Below, piece after piece: positions 1 to 10,433 of a stretch of DNA of 64,000 nt. This stretch comes from Alphaproteobacteria bacterium (GTDB lineage: Bacteria > Pseudomonadota > Alphaproteobacteria > Caulobacterales > Maricaulaceae). The notes under the pieces are model-generated. The model saw only the letters and a list, made by a program, of their open reading frames with translations, was not told the origin of the DNA and did not search any database. The DNA is taken from positions 4,181-68,180 of the forward strand of contig JAJRSJ010000021.1 of assembly GCA_024278855.1 (NCBI GenBank), in the 5' to 3' direction. A program made the translations under genes and the position numbers. Position 1 is the stretch's first letter, and every line of letters begins with the position of its first letter.

Positions 1-346
1 CCCGGTGAAATGTTATGTCGTTATAGAAGCCTTGCCGGGTCAAAGCCTTGATTTGCGCCACATGTTTTGGGGCAAATTCCGGGGCCATTTCTATGACAAA
101 TGTACCGTATTTTGTCTTGATATATAGCGTATTTTCCAGGTCAGGTTCACGCCAATCCGCATCGGTTGTTGCGGGAAGATTAGGATCAACCGCCGCCGCT
201 TGTCCATATGCCGCTTGTCCAGACGCAGGCTTGGCTTGGGCATCATGTTTTTGTTCTGGACTTTGCACAGGTGTTTGTTCGGCGGCACAAGCCGTAGCGA
301 ACAAGAATAGAGCCGTTACAAACCCTAGAGTTAATCGAGCCATCAT
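1..346 (-). CDS. cyclophilin-type peptidyl-prolyl cis-trans isomerase (partial; C-terminus lies outside the window)
   Basis: Absent from the ORF track because it runs off the window. My minus-strand translation from the ATG at 346 gives MMARLTLGFVTALFLFATACAAEQ (signal peptide), then ...LYIKTKYGTFVIEMAPEFAPKHVAQIKALTRQGFYNDITFHR, a cyclophilin core. The start overlaps the coaD stop (ATGA). Confidence 0.75.
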   Translation of the reverse strand, partial: MMARLTLGFVTALFLFATACAAEQTPVQSPEQKHDAQAKPASGQAAYGQAAAVDPNLPATTDADWREPDLENTLYIKTKYGTFVIEMAPEFAPKHVAQIKALTRQGFYNDITFHR

Positions 347-831
347 TTAAATTTATCCTCAAGTTTTTGTTTCACAGATACACTGACAAAAGGCGAAACA
401 TCGCCGCCAAGCTTGGCAATTTCCTTGACCAATCTTGACGCAATCGCCTGATTTTGCGCATCCGCCATCAAAAAGACCGTCTCGATATCCGGGTTAAGCT
501 TGTGGTTCATCCCAACCATCTGAAACTCGTACTCGAAATCGGACACGGCCCTAAGACCGCGTATTATCACACTAGCCCCGACACTTTCAACAAAATGTAT
601 CAGTAAACCTTCAAAAGAAACCACCTCCACCTCACAGTCCCCTGTGATGCCCACTAAAGCCTCTTTGACCATTTCTGTGCGTTCTGAGAGATTAAACAAC
701 GGGTTTTTGCCCGTGTTGATGGCCACGCCAATCACCAGTTTATCACAAAGCTTACAAGCACGGCGAATAATGTCCAAATGCCCATTGGTCAAAGGATCAA
801 ATGTCCCAGGATATAAAGCAGTTCTTTTCAT
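343..831 (-). CDS. coaD: phosphopantetheine adenylyltransferase
   Basis: TALYPGTFDPLTNGHLDIIRRA nucleotidyltransferase motif. It is 162 aa from the ATG at 829-831. The ORF-track start at 867 is an unlikely upstream extension that overlaps the gyrA end. Confidence 0.9.
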   Translation of the reverse strand: MKRTALYPGTFDPLTNGHLDIIRRACKLCDKLVIGVAINTGKNPLFNLSERTEMVKEALVGITGDCEVEVVSFEGLLIHFVESVGASVIIRGLRAVSDFEYEFQMVGMNHKLNPDIETVFLMADAQNQAIASRLVKEIAKLGGDVSPFVSVSVKQKLEDKFK

Positions 832-850
832 GGACGTGTTATAACCGCAT

Positions 851-3655
851 TCAGCTTTGGCTGTCACCCTTTAATGCAGTGGCGCTCTCCTCATCATCCC
901 CGCCGTCGTCCGTCTCTTCGATCCGCTCCACGGACACCACATGTTCCTCGTCTTTGACGCGGATGACCATGACGCCTTTGGAGGAGCGGCTGATTATGCT
1001 GATGTTTTTCACCGGGCAGCGGATTAGCTGACCGCCGTCGGTTACGATCATTAGCTGATCATCATCGGATATGGACAAGGAGCGCACCAATTTGGCATCA
1101 TCTTTATCTTTACGGCCCAAATCCTGGGCGCTAACGCCCTGCCCGCCTCTATTCATACAGCGGTAATCATAGCTTGAAGAACGTTTTCCGTAACCATCTT
1201 CGGCCAAGGTCAGCAGGAATTGCTCGGCGGCTTCCAGTTCGATTTTGCGCTCCATGGACAAGGAATTGTCGTCTAGGCTTTCGACTTTCACGCCCGGCTC
1301 AGCATTCAGTGCCCGGCGTTTGGTATTGGCGTATTTCATATAGGCGCGGGCTTCGTCGGTTTCTATGTCCACATGACGCAGAATAGCCATGGAGATAACC
1401 TCGTCCCCGTCCGCCAGCCTGATGCCGCGCACACCGCTCGACGTGCGCCCAACAAAACGGCGAATATCGGTAGTTTTAAAGCGGATGGATTTGCCGTTTT
1501 TCGTGGTGAGCAAGACATCATCATCTTCGGTACAAAGACGCACAGCGACAATACCGTCGTCCTCGCCCGGTTTCATGGCAATTTTACCGCCCCGGTTAAC
1601 GCGGGTGAAATCGGCCAGTGAATTACGGCGAACCCCGCCTGAGCGCGCCGCAAACATGATGTCCATGTTTTTCCATGCGTCCTCGTCCTCGGGCAGAGAC
1701 ATGATCGAATTGATCTGCTCGCCTGCGTCCAACGGCAATATATTGACCAAAGCTTTGCCGCGTGTGTTGGCACCGCCTACGGGCAATTTCCAGACTTTAA
1801 GCTTGTAAACTATACCCGTGGAGGAGAAAAACAGCACCGGGGTATGGGTCGAGGCGACAAATACCGTGGTGACATAATCCTCGTCCTTCATGGACATGCC
1901 GGAACGACCACGTCCGCCGCGTCTTTGGGTGCGGTAAGTGTCGAGCGCCGTACGCTTGATATAGCCGGCCGCCGTGACCGTTACCACCATGTCTTCCACG
2001 GTGATCAGGTCTTCGTCCTCGAAATCCAGCCCGCCTTCGACGAATTCCGAGCGGCGCGGCGTGGCAAATTGCGCTCTTATCTCGCCAAGCTCTTCTTTGA
2101 TAATATCCTGAACCCGGCCGCGTGACCGCAAAATATCCAGCAAATCAGTAATGCGCGCCGCCAGTTTTTCGGCTTCGGACGTAATGTCTTCCATGCCAAG
2201 TCCGGTAAGGCGGTGCAGGCGCAACTCAAGAATGGCTCGTGCCTGCTCTTCGGTCAGTTGGATATTACCGTCGTCCAGCAATATGGAGCGCGGATCTGCC
2301 ACCAGAGCAATCAGCGACGCCATAGCTTGGGCTGACCAAGTGCGGCTCAACAGATTTTCGCGGGCATGCTTAGGTGTGGCTGAACCCCGGATAATTTTAA
2401 TGATTTCGTCAATATTGGAAACCGCAGTTGCCAAGCCGATCAAAATATGCGCACGGGCACGGGCTTTGGCCAAATCAAATTTGGAACGTCTGGCAATGAC
2501 TTCTTCGCGAAATACCAGAAAAGCTTCCAGCATTTGGCGCAAATTCATTTGCTGTGGCCGGCCACCATTAAGGGCTAGCATGTTGGAGGCAAAATTGGTT
2601 TGGAGCTGCGAGAACCGGAATAATTGGTTTAAAACCACATCAGGAACGGCGTCGCGCTTTAGCTCGATAACAATGCGCATACCGTCGCGGTCGCTCTCGT
2701 CGCGCATGTCGGAAATGCCCTCAATGCGTTTTTCGCGCACATGCTCGGCGATTTTTTTGATCAGATTGGCCTTGTTGACCTGATAGGGAATTTCCGTAAA
2801 TACAATCGCAGTGCGGTCTTTCTTGAACTCTTCAAGATGATGCCGCGCACGCATAATCACCGAGCCGCGCCCGGTTAAGAGCCCTGACCGTGCGCCGGAT
2901 TGGCCCAAAATCAGCCCGCCCGTCGGGAAATCCGGCCCCGGTACGATCTCGAGCAATTCTTCATCGCTAATATCACCCTTGTCCATCATGGCCAGGGTGG
3001 CATCAATTATCTCGCCCAGATTGTGCGGTGCGATATTTGTCGCCATGCCGACGGCAATCCCGCCCGCACCATTGACCAAAAGATTAGGATAACGGGCCGG
3101 CAAAACCGTAGGCTCGCTTTCGGACGCATCATAGTTTTCTTGAAAATTGACCGTGTCTTTTTCAATGTCGGCAAGGAGTTGCGCTGCCGGCCTGTCCATG
3201 CGCACTTCGGTATAGCGCATGGCCGCCGGACGGTCACCGTCCACCGAGCCAAAATTGCCCTGACCTTGCAATAAAGGCAGGCGCATGGAAAAATCCTGGG
3301 CCAGCCGCACCAAAGCATCATACACGGCCGTATCGCCGTGGGGATGGTATTTACCAATTACATCACCGACCACCCGGGCAGATTTTTTGTAAGGTTTTTC
3401 GCGGGTAAAGCCGTTCTCAAACATGGAGTATAATATGCGCCGATGCACGGGTTTGAGACCATCGCGCACATCCGGGATAGCCCGGCTGACGATGACACTC
3501 ATGGCATAATCGAGGTATGAGCGGCTCATCTCGTCTTCGATATCTACCGGGCTGACGCCTAATTCACGCGGCGGCTCATCCCCGTCCCCATTGTTAGTTG
3601 GGGGGGGGGTATTCCCGTTTTCAACTTCGTCGTTTTCAGTATTCTCGTCGGACAA
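851..3655 (-). CDS. gyrA: DNA gyrase subunit A
   Basis: 934 aa. Contains [31 protein letters not shown], the active-site region AAMRYTE and a C-terminal repeat domain. An acidic N-terminal extension of about 30 aa contains a C10 tract. Confidence 0.97.
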   Translation of the reverse strand: MSDENTENDEVENGNTPPPTNNGDGDEPPRELGVSPVDIEDEMSRSYLDYAMSVIVSRAIPDVRDGLKPVHRRILYSMFENGFTREKPYKKSARVVGDVIGKYHPHGDTAVYDALVRLAQDFSMRLPLLQGQGNFGSVDGDRPAAMRYTEVRMDRPAAQLLADIEKDTVNFQENYDASESEPTVLPARYPNLLVNGAGGIAVGMATNIAPHNLGEIIDATLAMMDKGDISDEELLEIVPGPDFPTGGLILGQSGARSGLLTGRGSVIMRARHHLEEFKKDRTAIVFTEIPYQVNKANLIKKIAEHVREKRIEGISDMRDESDRDGMRIVIELKRDAVPDVVLNQLFRFSQLQTNFASNMLALNGGRPQQMNLRQMLEAFLVFREEVIARRSKFDLAKARARAHILIGLATAVSNIDEIIKIIRGSATPKHARENLLSRTWSAQAMASLIALVADPRSILLDDGNIQLTEEQARAILELRLHRLTGLGMEDITSEAEKLAARITDLLDILRSRGRVQDIIKEELGEIRAQFATPRRSEFVEGGLDFEDEDLITVEDMVVTVTAAGYIKRTALDTYRTQRRGGRGRSGMSMKDEDYVTTVFVASTHTPVLFFSSTGIVYKLKVWKLPVGGANTRGKALVNILPLDAGEQINSIMSLPEDEDAWKNMDIMFAARSGGVRRNSLADFTRVNRGGKIAMKPGEDDGIVAVRLCTEDDDVLLTTKNGKSIRFKTTDIRRFVGRTSSGVRGIRLADGDEVISMAILRHVDIETDEARAYMKYANTKRRALNAEPGVKVESLDDNSLSMERKIELEAAEQFLLTLAEDGYGKRSSSYDYRCMNRGGQGVSAQDLGRKDKDDAKLVRSLSISDDDQLMIVTDGGQLIRCPVKNISIISRSSKGVMVIRVKDEEHVVSVERIEETDDGGDDEESATALKGDSQS

Positions 3656-3792
3656 TTTGTACGCCTGTAACTAGTCTGGAGCCTATATGCTCAATAACAC
3701 CGAATCGTGCATTTTCCGTAAGAAAACCTAGCATTTCCTGTTGGCTACAGCAATCATATGTATTGGAATTTTTTTGTCGGTTTCGGACGGAT

Positions 3793-5583
3793 TCAAGCTA
3801 CAGATTTTGCGCGGCTAGCTTGTCCGTTGACCGCATCCAGAATGACTTGTGTTAATTTTACGCGCGCCAAGGGCTTGGAGATATAGGCATCCATGCCTGC
3901 GTCCAAACATTTGGTTTTGTCCCCGGTCATCGCATTTGCCGTCATGGCAATAATCGGGACACCGGCAAAACCCTTGCCGCTTTTCCTTATTCTCTTGGTG
4001 GCTTCCAACCCGCCCATGATCGGCATTTGTACATCCATCAAAACGAAATCTATATGCTGGACTTCCAACACATCAATGGCTTCACGGCCATTATAGGCAA
4101 TCACAATATCAAGCTGGTACGGTTCCAGCAATAACAAGAGAACCTCCAAATTAATTTCGTTGTCCTCAACAACAAGACAGCGCAGTCCCATAAATCCGGC
4201 GCTCGGCAATGGGGCTGCGGCGCGCGAAAGAGGCTCTATGCGTTTCACATCCGCAATCTTGGTCATAATATTCAGGCGAAACACGGATCCTTCCCCCAAC
4301 ACACTTTGTACCGTTACATCACCGCCCATTAAACGAGCAAGTTTTCGGGTAATGACCAAGCCAAGACCTGTGCCGCCAAATTTACGGGTTGTTTTGCTGT
4401 CCGCTTGCTGAAACGGCTTGAATATAATTTGTAAATTTTCTTTGCAAATGCCAATACCCGTATCTTGGACTGCCAATGTTAATGAATATTGCTCGCCCAC
4501 AAGTTTGCCAGTCGCCGTCACTGTGACTTGCCCATTTTGCGGCGTAAATTTGAGAGCATTATTGATCAAATTATTAATACATTGCCGGATGCGCGTCGGG
4601 TCTGCAATTATGTGCGCCGGCAGGCTTTTTTGTTTCTGAAAAGACAGTTTAATGTGGTTTTTGTCCGCAACAGGCTTCCAAAATGCGAAAGATTTCTGCA
4701 ACATTGTTTCCAAATCAACATCAATATTCTCAAGCTCAATACCGTCCGCTTCTATTTTGGATATATCCAAAATATCATTGAGCAAGGCTAGCAATGTATT
4801 ACCGCTGTCTTGGATCAGGCCAAGCTTTCTTTTTTGCGGCCCGGCTGCCACTTCATTCAAAAGCACATCCGACAACCCCAAAATTCCGTTGAGCGGCGTT
4901 CTAAGCTCGTGGCTCATATTTGCCAAGAATGCAGATTTCGCCTGATTGGCTTGCTCGGCTTCATCCCGTGCCGCTATCAGCTCTTGCTTTAATTTGTCCT
5001 GGTTGATTTTATATTGAACGATCGCCATTTTGGATTTTTGCCCGGCCCAGACGAAACCAAAAAGTGTCATCAAATACGCCAAGGTTATGACCAAAGCGAT
5101 GATAAAAGTCGTGCTCATGCGCGATTGATATAAAAACCAACCAATCAGCAAAAAATACGGTATGGCGACCAAGAGCGCGGGTCGTGGCTCGGAGCGATAT
5201 TTATTGATTACTTGTAAAAACCCGATCCCGATCATGGTTATGGCTATGCTGTCATAATTACCCTGGCCGGATTGCCAGACAATAAATGGGGCGACCCCCC
5301 ATATTGAGGCCACCAACAGGCCCAATATCTGGCTACGAATACTATAGGGGCTGAGCTTAACCATTGCCCGAAATGTGCCGAGACGGGGAATAACCACAGC
5401 AGACATGATCAACACAAACCAGACACTGGCGGTCAACAAACCCAGCGCCAAATAAATACCACCAGCCCAAAGGATCGCCAATAATGCCTGTTTCGGCAGT
5501 GGTTCCTCAACCTGTATAAGTTTTTCTACAAACTGGTTAGCCTGATTATCTTTGGTTTTATTGCTGTTTTTGTTCTTGGCCAT
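3793..5583 (-). CDS. hybrid sensor histidine kinase / response regulator with multi-pass membrane N-terminus
   Basis: H-box SHELRTPLN, HATPase region [18 protein letters not shown], and a C-terminal receiver ([11 protein letters not shown]...[10 protein letters not shown]). The start is set at MAKNKNSNK (ATG 5581-5583). The ORF-track extension to 5895 reads through REP-like repeats. Confidence 0.85.
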   Translation of the reverse strand: MAKNKNSNKTKDNQANQFVEKLIQVEEPLPKQALLAILWAGGIYLALGLLTASVWFVLIMSAVVIPRLGTFRAMVKLSPYSIRSQILGLLVASIWGVAPFIVWQSGQGNYDSIAITMIGIGFLQVINKYRSEPRPALLVAIPYFLLIGWFLYQSRMSTTFIIALVITLAYLMTLFGFVWAGQKSKMAIVQYKINQDKLKQELIAARDEAEQANQAKSAFLANMSHELRTPLNGILGLSDVLLNEVAAGPQKRKLGLIQDSGNTLLALLNDILDISKIEADGIELENIDVDLETMLQKSFAFWKPVADKNHIKLSFQKQKSLPAHIIADPTRIRQCINNLINNALKFTPQNGQVTVTATGKLVGEQYSLTLAVQDTGIGICKENLQIIFKPFQQADSKTTRKFGGTGLGLVITRKLARLMGGDVTVQSVLGEGSVFRLNIMTKIADVKRIEPLSRAAAPLPSAGFMGLRCLVVEDNEINLEVLLLLLEPYQLDIVIAYNGREAIDVLEVQHIDFVLMDVQMPIMGGLEATKRIRKSGKGFAGVPIIAMTANAMTGDKTKCLDAGMDAYISKPLARVKLTQVILDAVNGQASRAKSVA

Positions 5584-5706
5584 GCGAGTCCCATTTATCT
5601 CACTCGCAGGTTTATAGCCGTAATCCCCTAAAATTTCCCTAACACAACCACCATAGATTTTGAATACCCCCCTATGGTGCAGATGAAGTGGTGGGGCCTC
5701 AACCTG

Positions 5707-6019
5707 CACCAAAGGGCTACGACCGTAGCCCCGGCGACCATTTGCCGCCCTACCGGAGGCGCTTCTTCGCGCCGTGAGGTCAATAAATGCAGCGGAGGAG
5801 GGAGGTAACCGAAACCTACACCAAAGGGCTACGACCGTAGCCCCGGCGACCATTCGCCGCCCCATCGGAGGCGCTTCTTCGCGCCGTGAGATCAATAAAT
5901 GCGGTAAGCAAAGGGAAAACCCTCAACCTACACCAAAGGGCTACGACCGTAGCCCCGGCGACCATTCGCCGCCCCACCGGAGGCGCATCTTCGCGCCGTG
6001 AGGTCAATAAATGCAGCGG
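5707..6019. repeat. three REP-like intergenic elements (about 86-89 bp core, 112-bp period)
   Basis: Copies start at 5707, 5819 and 5931. The core is caccaaagggctacgaccgtagccccggcgaccatt.gccgccc.accggaggcgc.tcttcgcgccgtgag.tcaataaatgc. Each copy has two hairpins (GGGCTACG/CGTAGCCC and GGCGC/GCGCC). Confidence 0.85.
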
Positions 6020-6028
6020 GTTTACCGC

Positions 6029-6529
6029 TTAAAACGGGATATCGTCGTCCATATTGACATCTGCTCTTTTAACATCTGCCATTGGGCCGTCCTGACCTGA
6101 AGCCGAGCGCGAACCACCACCACCAGATCCACCGCCGTAACCCGGATCTTGGTTATAACCACCGCCGCCGCCAGAACTGCGGCCATCGAGCATAATCAAC
6201 GTGCCGCCAAAGCCCTGAAGCACAACTTCGGTGGTATATTTATCATTGCCGTCGCGGTCTTGCCATTTGCGGGTCTGCAATGAACCTTCAATATAAATTT
6301 TCGAGCCTTTTTTCAGGTAGTTTTCAGCAACGCGGACAAGACCGTCGCCAAAAATTACCACACGGTGCCACTCGGTTTTCTCGCGTTTTTCACCGGTGCT
6401 TTTATCTTTCCAACTCTCGGTTGTCGCTACACTGAGCGTACAAACCTTACCACCATTATTCATGGAGCGAATTTCCGGATCCGCGCCCAAATTACCAATC
6501 AATGTCACTTTATTCAATGAACCAGCCAT
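6029..6529 (-). CDS. ssb: single-stranded DNA-binding protein
   Basis: N-terminus [19 protein letters not shown] (OB fold), a Gly-rich linker and the acidic tail DDDIPF. Confidence 0.95.
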   Translation of the reverse strand: MAGSLNKVTLIGNLGADPEIRSMNNGGKVCTLSVATTESWKDKSTGEKREKTEWHRVVIFGDGLVRVAENYLKKGSKIYIEGSLQTRKWQDRDGNDKYTTEVVLQGFGGTLIMLDGRSSGGGGGYNQDPGYGGGSGGGGSRSASGQDGPMADVKRADVNMDDDIPF

Positions 6530-6697
6530 ATCATCTCACCTTTATATTTCTCTTCTATACGCTTTTGGCGCACTAACGCGCCGCGCCTCTTGTTATTTAT
6601 GTTCCCATAACCTTCCAACGCCGCAAACGAGTCAAGCACCAGACTTCCCTCATGGTTTGCCGCAATTTTACAAACCTGTCCATGCTAAATTCAAAAA

Positions 6698-7492
6698 TCA
6701 GTCCTGCTCCACCATACGGATATTGCCATTGCTGACTTCATACAGATCATCAATTTTTGATATTGCTACATATAAGCTAAGACCGTGGCTTAGGCTTATG
6801 AATACGTGATGTTCTTGTGGGGTATTAGCGCGCAAATGTGTGACCATAATGGCAGCAGCATCGGGGTTTTTACCAAGCTCTAGACAGCTATTACTAAACG
6901 CGATATTGGACAGTATTTTTTTTCCGTCCCCCGACACTGTATAGCGGTAATGCCCACCCATAACAATTTTTGACGCGTCGGTTGTCGAGGCAAATAGATA
7001 CACATAGAATTTCTCGACACCACCACCATCGTACGGAATAACCACCGTGTTATACTTGGCGGAACATGGCTTAAACTTTTGTGCCATAGCCAATTTTCGC
7101 GCCGACCACATAGCCATTTGCTTTGGGCTAAGCGCCATACCCTGTTTATGGGTTTTGGTTTTCTTGACCTTCTTGCCCTTTGTCCAGGCTTGGTAATATA
7201 TTTTACTCTCGCCTTTGTTTTCGCCAATAAAATTGACCCTATAACGACTAGCATCTTTGTCTGTCACCCAACCCCGTAATGGCAGACCAGATATATCATC
7301 ACCCAATTCCGCCAACATTTTATCCGTCGCAACCCAGGCAGCGATGTCTTTTTCGTAAATCAATTGGCCAAGTTTTTCGGCCTTAGTAATCTCGGCGGTG
7401 TATTTACCGGGTGAATTATCGTCGTTCGCATAACTCACACCTGCGAACATCACCAAGGCCAACACAATACTTACGCATATTTTAAACCGCAT
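6698..7492 (-). CDS. hypothetical secreted protein
   Basis: 264-aa ORF with an N-terminal signal peptide MRFKICVSIVLALVMFAGVSYA. I recognise no family motif. Confidence 0.6.
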   Translation of the reverse strand: MRFKICVSIVLALVMFAGVSYANDDNSPGKYTAEITKAEKLGQLIYEKDIAAWVATDKMLAELGDDISGLPLRGWVTDKDASRYRVNFIGENKGESKIYYQAWTKGKKVKKTKTHKQGMALSPKQMAMWSARKLAMAQKFKPCSAKYNTVVIPYDGGGVEKFYVYLFASTTDASKIVMGGHYRYTVSGDGKKILSNIAFSNSCLELGKNPDAAAIMVTHLRANTPQEHHVFISLSHGLSLYVAISKIDDLYEVSNGNIRMVEQD

Positions 7493-7583
7493 AAAACCCT
7501 CACAACACTTATGTACAAGCTTAGCTTAGAAACAATCCAAACGCAACGCAGGCGATTGCGAGACATAATGACACCTTGATGTC

Positions 7584-9002
7584 TTAAACCTCCGATAAAA
7601 CCCTTATCTCGTCCAGAGTTTGGTCGCGCACGAGTTTGCCGTCCCGCCATACATCTTCGAGCAGGTTTTCGGCCCCGCCCAGATCGGAATTGCGGATGGT
7701 TTTGTACTGACCGCCCTGCCTGATCAAAGCCTGGCGGCCACGTTTGGAAACTTTACCAGGGTCAGTGATCGGTTCTTTATAGACATCCGTCCAGTCGCTA
7801 TCCCCGTTAAACTTGATGGCATTGGCTTTCATAGCCCAGTTCATGGTGTCGCGGTGGATGTCGCGTTGCAACAATGCCCCGCCCATACCGAACGCTATGT
7901 TCTCCGCGCTCCAACCTTTTTTCTTGAGGCGTTGCAAAATAGCTTCGATGGACAAAGCATGGACGCCGTCGCCCTGTATCACCCGGATATAGGGCGGCAG
8001 GACTTTATAGCCGCGTGTGTTGATCTTAAACCCAAAAATATCGCCGAGGCTCTCGACCACATCCACGCAGACTTTGATGGGGTTACCGCTATCGGGGCGC
8101 ACCACCAATGTGCCGCCGTTGTCCATGACTTTCTGTTTCAGCGTGCCACCCCAAATTTTCTTAACCGCCGCAAACAGATCATAGCTATCAGAGACAACTG
8201 CGAACACTTTGTCCTTACCGCCGAATTGCTCGACCATATTGGCATAGGCGTCGGTTTCGCCGGCCCTGCCCCAGGCCGTCATGGTCGAATGCTCAGAGGC
8301 CGGAATGGAAAACCCGGCCATGTCTGCGCCGTAAAACGCCCGCCCGGCCAGCAAGGCACTGACCGTATCCGTGCCTTGAAAATTGACTAAATGAGCCAGG
8401 CCGCCAAGGGACGCGGCCTCATAACTGGTCGAGCCGCGTGCGCCAAAATCATGGAGTTTAAAGGGTAATTCGGCTTTCGGATTTACGCAGGTTTGGCGCA
8501 AATATTTGCCGATGATCTGTTTGACCGACCATGACAATGTCGCCACGGTGGTCGGATACCACACGGCCCGCAGTAGCGCCGTCTCAATATAGCTGGTCAA
8601 CCACGGCACGGCTGGGTCAGTATTTTCCACCTGCACCACAGCGTTTTTAATCGGCAACACCGTGCCCTCGCGCACGGCTTTGATCCGCAGCGGCAAGACG
8701 CCCTTGTGTTTCTCTAAAATATGCAGCCACCCGGCCCGGTTAAACGGTACGCCGTGGGCTTGCCAAAGGTCTTCAGCATAGTCGATTTCGGCCAGTGTTA
8801 TGGCCCGCGACAGATATTTTTTCAAATAGGCTTGGAGCCCGAAAAACAACATGTGATCAAAATCCCCGCCCCGCGCCTCAATATAAGAGGACACATATTG
8901 CGTCCCTGTCGGGTATTGCAGATAATGGGACGCCTTATAGCTATCCACATCGGTAAGGAGCGAAAAGTCTCCGGGTTTCCATGTCGGGTTTGTGTTATTC
9001 AT
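7584..9002 (-). CDS. nadV: nicotinamide phosphoribosyltransferase (NAMPT/NadV family)
   Basis: 472 aa. The N-terminal LLTDVDSYKASHYLQYP motif and the overall length are typical of type II NAMPT-like phosphoribosyltransferases. Confidence 0.8.
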   Translation of the reverse strand: MNNTNPTWKPGDFSLLTDVDSYKASHYLQYPTGTQYVSSYIEARGGDFDHMLFFGLQAYLKKYLSRAITLAEIDYAEDLWQAHGVPFNRAGWLHILEKHKGVLPLRIKAVREGTVLPIKNAVVQVENTDPAVPWLTSYIETALLRAVWYPTTVATLSWSVKQIIGKYLRQTCVNPKAELPFKLHDFGARGSTSYEAASLGGLAHLVNFQGTDTVSALLAGRAFYGADMAGFSIPASEHSTMTAWGRAGETDAYANMVEQFGGKDKVFAVVSDSYDLFAAVKKIWGGTLKQKVMDNGGTLVVRPDSGNPIKVCVDVVESLGDIFGFKINTRGYKVLPPYIRVIQGDGVHALSIEAILQRLKKKGWSAENIAFGMGGALLQRDIHRDTMNWAMKANAIKFNGDSDWTDVYKEPITDPGKVSKRGRQALIRQGGQYKTIRNSDLGGAENLLEDVWRDGKLVRDQTLDEIRVLSEV

Positions 9003-9104
9003 GCGGGCTTATTCGCATAGAAAGGCAGAGGTGAAAACAAGTATTATCTCCGCCAGATATTCCAGTACTATGATACAAAGTGAACGGAAAATCAGTTAAT
9101 CAAC

Positions 9105-9767
9105 TTATTTGCCATTTAATGGAATTACCTCTTCAATACACTCTATAAACTTTGAAGAACTTGCGATAAACGGCACTATTTCTTGTACATGTATATTTGC
9201 GTTTAGATAAACGAGCCTATATTCTTTTTCCCATGCCAAATTTGGGTTTTTGTACAAATATATATCCCCTGTTTTTGGCGTTTCATTTTCAAGATAAATA
9301 ACACCACGCCCATCATACAATGGTTTACCACACATAACTTTTCCATTTCTATGCTGTATATCAATTTTGTGAGCAAGGAGATTAAGGAATGGAGACGACC
9401 TTAGCTTTATACATAAGTCATAATTGCACCCCTTTCTCGCAAACCATTTTTTGTGATCGTTTTTAGAATAATGGCTTGATGCGCTAAATACATAAGCATT
9501 GACATTGCGGTCTATAATAACACCACCCTGCTTGCCTACACTACGTCCCGAAATTTCAACAGGACCACGTTTGAATACAGCTTCATTTCCCTCATAATAA
9601 TCTCCATATTCTGCACCTTTTTCCTCAAAAGCAGTTCTATAGTCTGCTAAGGTTCCCATACGAAATTCTCCGGCTTTAATATGTTTATCATAAACATTAC
9701 GGGTGCAATATTTGTACAAATATTCAGGAGCTTCATCCCTGTAGTATATAGGTGGCCACCACGTCAT
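9105..9767 (-). CDS. hypothetical protein in a low-GC islet (weak DUF2971-like features)
   Basis: 220-aa ORF. A spot GC count of 9121-9180 is 35 percent. The motifs LYKY near the N-terminus, VFSAS...KKWF and WEKEYRL resemble the DUF2971 pattern only loosely. Confidence 0.55.
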   Translation of the reverse strand: MTWWPPIYYRDEAPEYLYKYCTRNVYDKHIKAGEFRMGTLADYRTAFEEKGAEYGDYYEGNEAVFKRGPVEISGRSVGKQGGVIIDRNVNAYVFSASSHYSKNDHKKWFARKGCNYDLCIKLRSSPFLNLLAHKIDIQHRNGKVMCGKPLYDGRGVIYLENETPKTGDIYLYKNPNLAWEKEYRLVYLNANIHVQEIVPFIASSSKFIECIEEVIPLNGK

Positions 9768-9883
9768 ATATTTCCATTTCTATCAGTAAGGACAAGTAAA
9801 AATCACCACAGTTTATGCTGATATACCATTCTTATCAGCAGCCAAAACTTTCAAGCATATATAGTAATTTTACGTTGAATGTT

Positions 9884-9904
9884 CTGGCTTGCCGAGCCGT
9901 AGCC
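9884..9904. repeat. 21-bp direct repeat, left copy (ctggcttgccgagccgtagcc)
   Basis: Identical 21-mer to 10258-10278. It lies 4 nt beyond the GIY-YIG stop codon. Confidence 0.9.
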
Positions 9905-9908
9905 TTAC

Positions 9909-10151
9909 CTACAACCGCTTCTTTGCGAATGCGCGGCCAGAACTTGATTTTAGGTATTTTTCAAATTCAACGGCTTGGCCAACATTAGAGAAACCGATGT
10001 ACGTTTTGATGCGCCATGGTCTGAATTTAGCGGTGTGTTTGACCGCGCCGGAATTGTGCTTTGCTAAACGCTCTTCAATTTTATCAGTGATGCCTGTGTA
10101 ATAGTGCGACGTGTCGAGTTCACTTTGTAATATATAGACATATTTTTGCAT
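9909..10151 (-). CDS. GIY-YIG nuclease family protein (small, about 80 aa)
   Basis: MQKYVYILQSELDTSHYYTGITDKIEERLAKHNSG contains the GIY...YIG-type N-terminal motif (YVYIL...YYTGIT) and the conserved R...H. Confidence 0.8.
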   Translation of the reverse strand: MQKYVYILQSELDTSHYYTGITDKIEERLAKHNSGAVKHTAKFRPWRIKTYIGFSNVGQAVEFEKYLKSSSGRAFAKKRL

Positions 10152-10257
10152 ACTGAACCTATCTTAGTTTTCGATAACCCGGTAGTCCGCCTACGCCAAG
10201 GCTTCGGCGCGACAGCCTCCGCCCCTCATGCTCCATAACAGTATTGCATTTACCTAG

Positions 10258-10278
10258 CTGGCTTGCCGAGCCGTAGCC
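10258..10278. repeat. 21-bp direct repeat, right copy
   Basis: Identical to 9884-9904. It sits 20 nt from the 3-prime end of tRNA-Val. Confidence 0.9.
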
Positions 10279-10298
10279 CCCTTTTTAGGGGCGAAGGC

Positions 10299-10374
10299 TG
10301 GTGGGTGATAACGGGATCGAACCGCTGACCCTCTCCGTGTAAAGGAGATGCTCTACCATCTGAGCTAATCACCC
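10299..10374 (-). tRNA. tRNA-Val (anticodon UAC)
   Basis: The reverse complement folds as a cloverleaf: GGGTGAT TA GCTC AGATGGTA GAGC A TCTCC TTTACAC GGAGA GGGTC AGCGG TTCGATC CCGTT ATCACCC A CCA. It is 76 nt with an encoded CCA. Confidence 0.9.
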
Positions 10375-10433
10375 CCATTGCGTACCTATGGGTATTGCCT
10401 ATTTTGGATCAGTGCCGACTTTAATAAAACTGC

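Noticed and set aside
48-350. 100-aa plus-strand ORF at the window start
   Set aside because: The opposite strand encodes a clear cyclophilin-type PPIase N-terminus with a signal peptide that is translationally coupled to coaD.
5584-5895. N-terminal 104 codons of the 700-aa ORF-track version of the sensor kinase
   Set aside because: This part is a translation of the REP-like repeats (the same peptide recurs in ORF 5816-6007). A good ATG at 5583 starts the Lys/Asn-rich cytoplasmic N-terminus just before the TM region.
5707-6019. Possible CRISPR array (repeats with short unique spacers)
   Set aside because: The repeats are about 86-89 bp and the spacers only 23-26 bp. There are only three copies, the copies are imperfect, and no cas genes are present. 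The double-hairpin structure fits REP-like elements instead.
6560-6600. Alphaproteobacterial LexA box (GTTC-N7-GTTC) upstream of ssb
   Set aside because: The best candidate, GTTATTTATGTTC, has 5-nt spacing and one degenerate half-site, so it does not fit the consensus.
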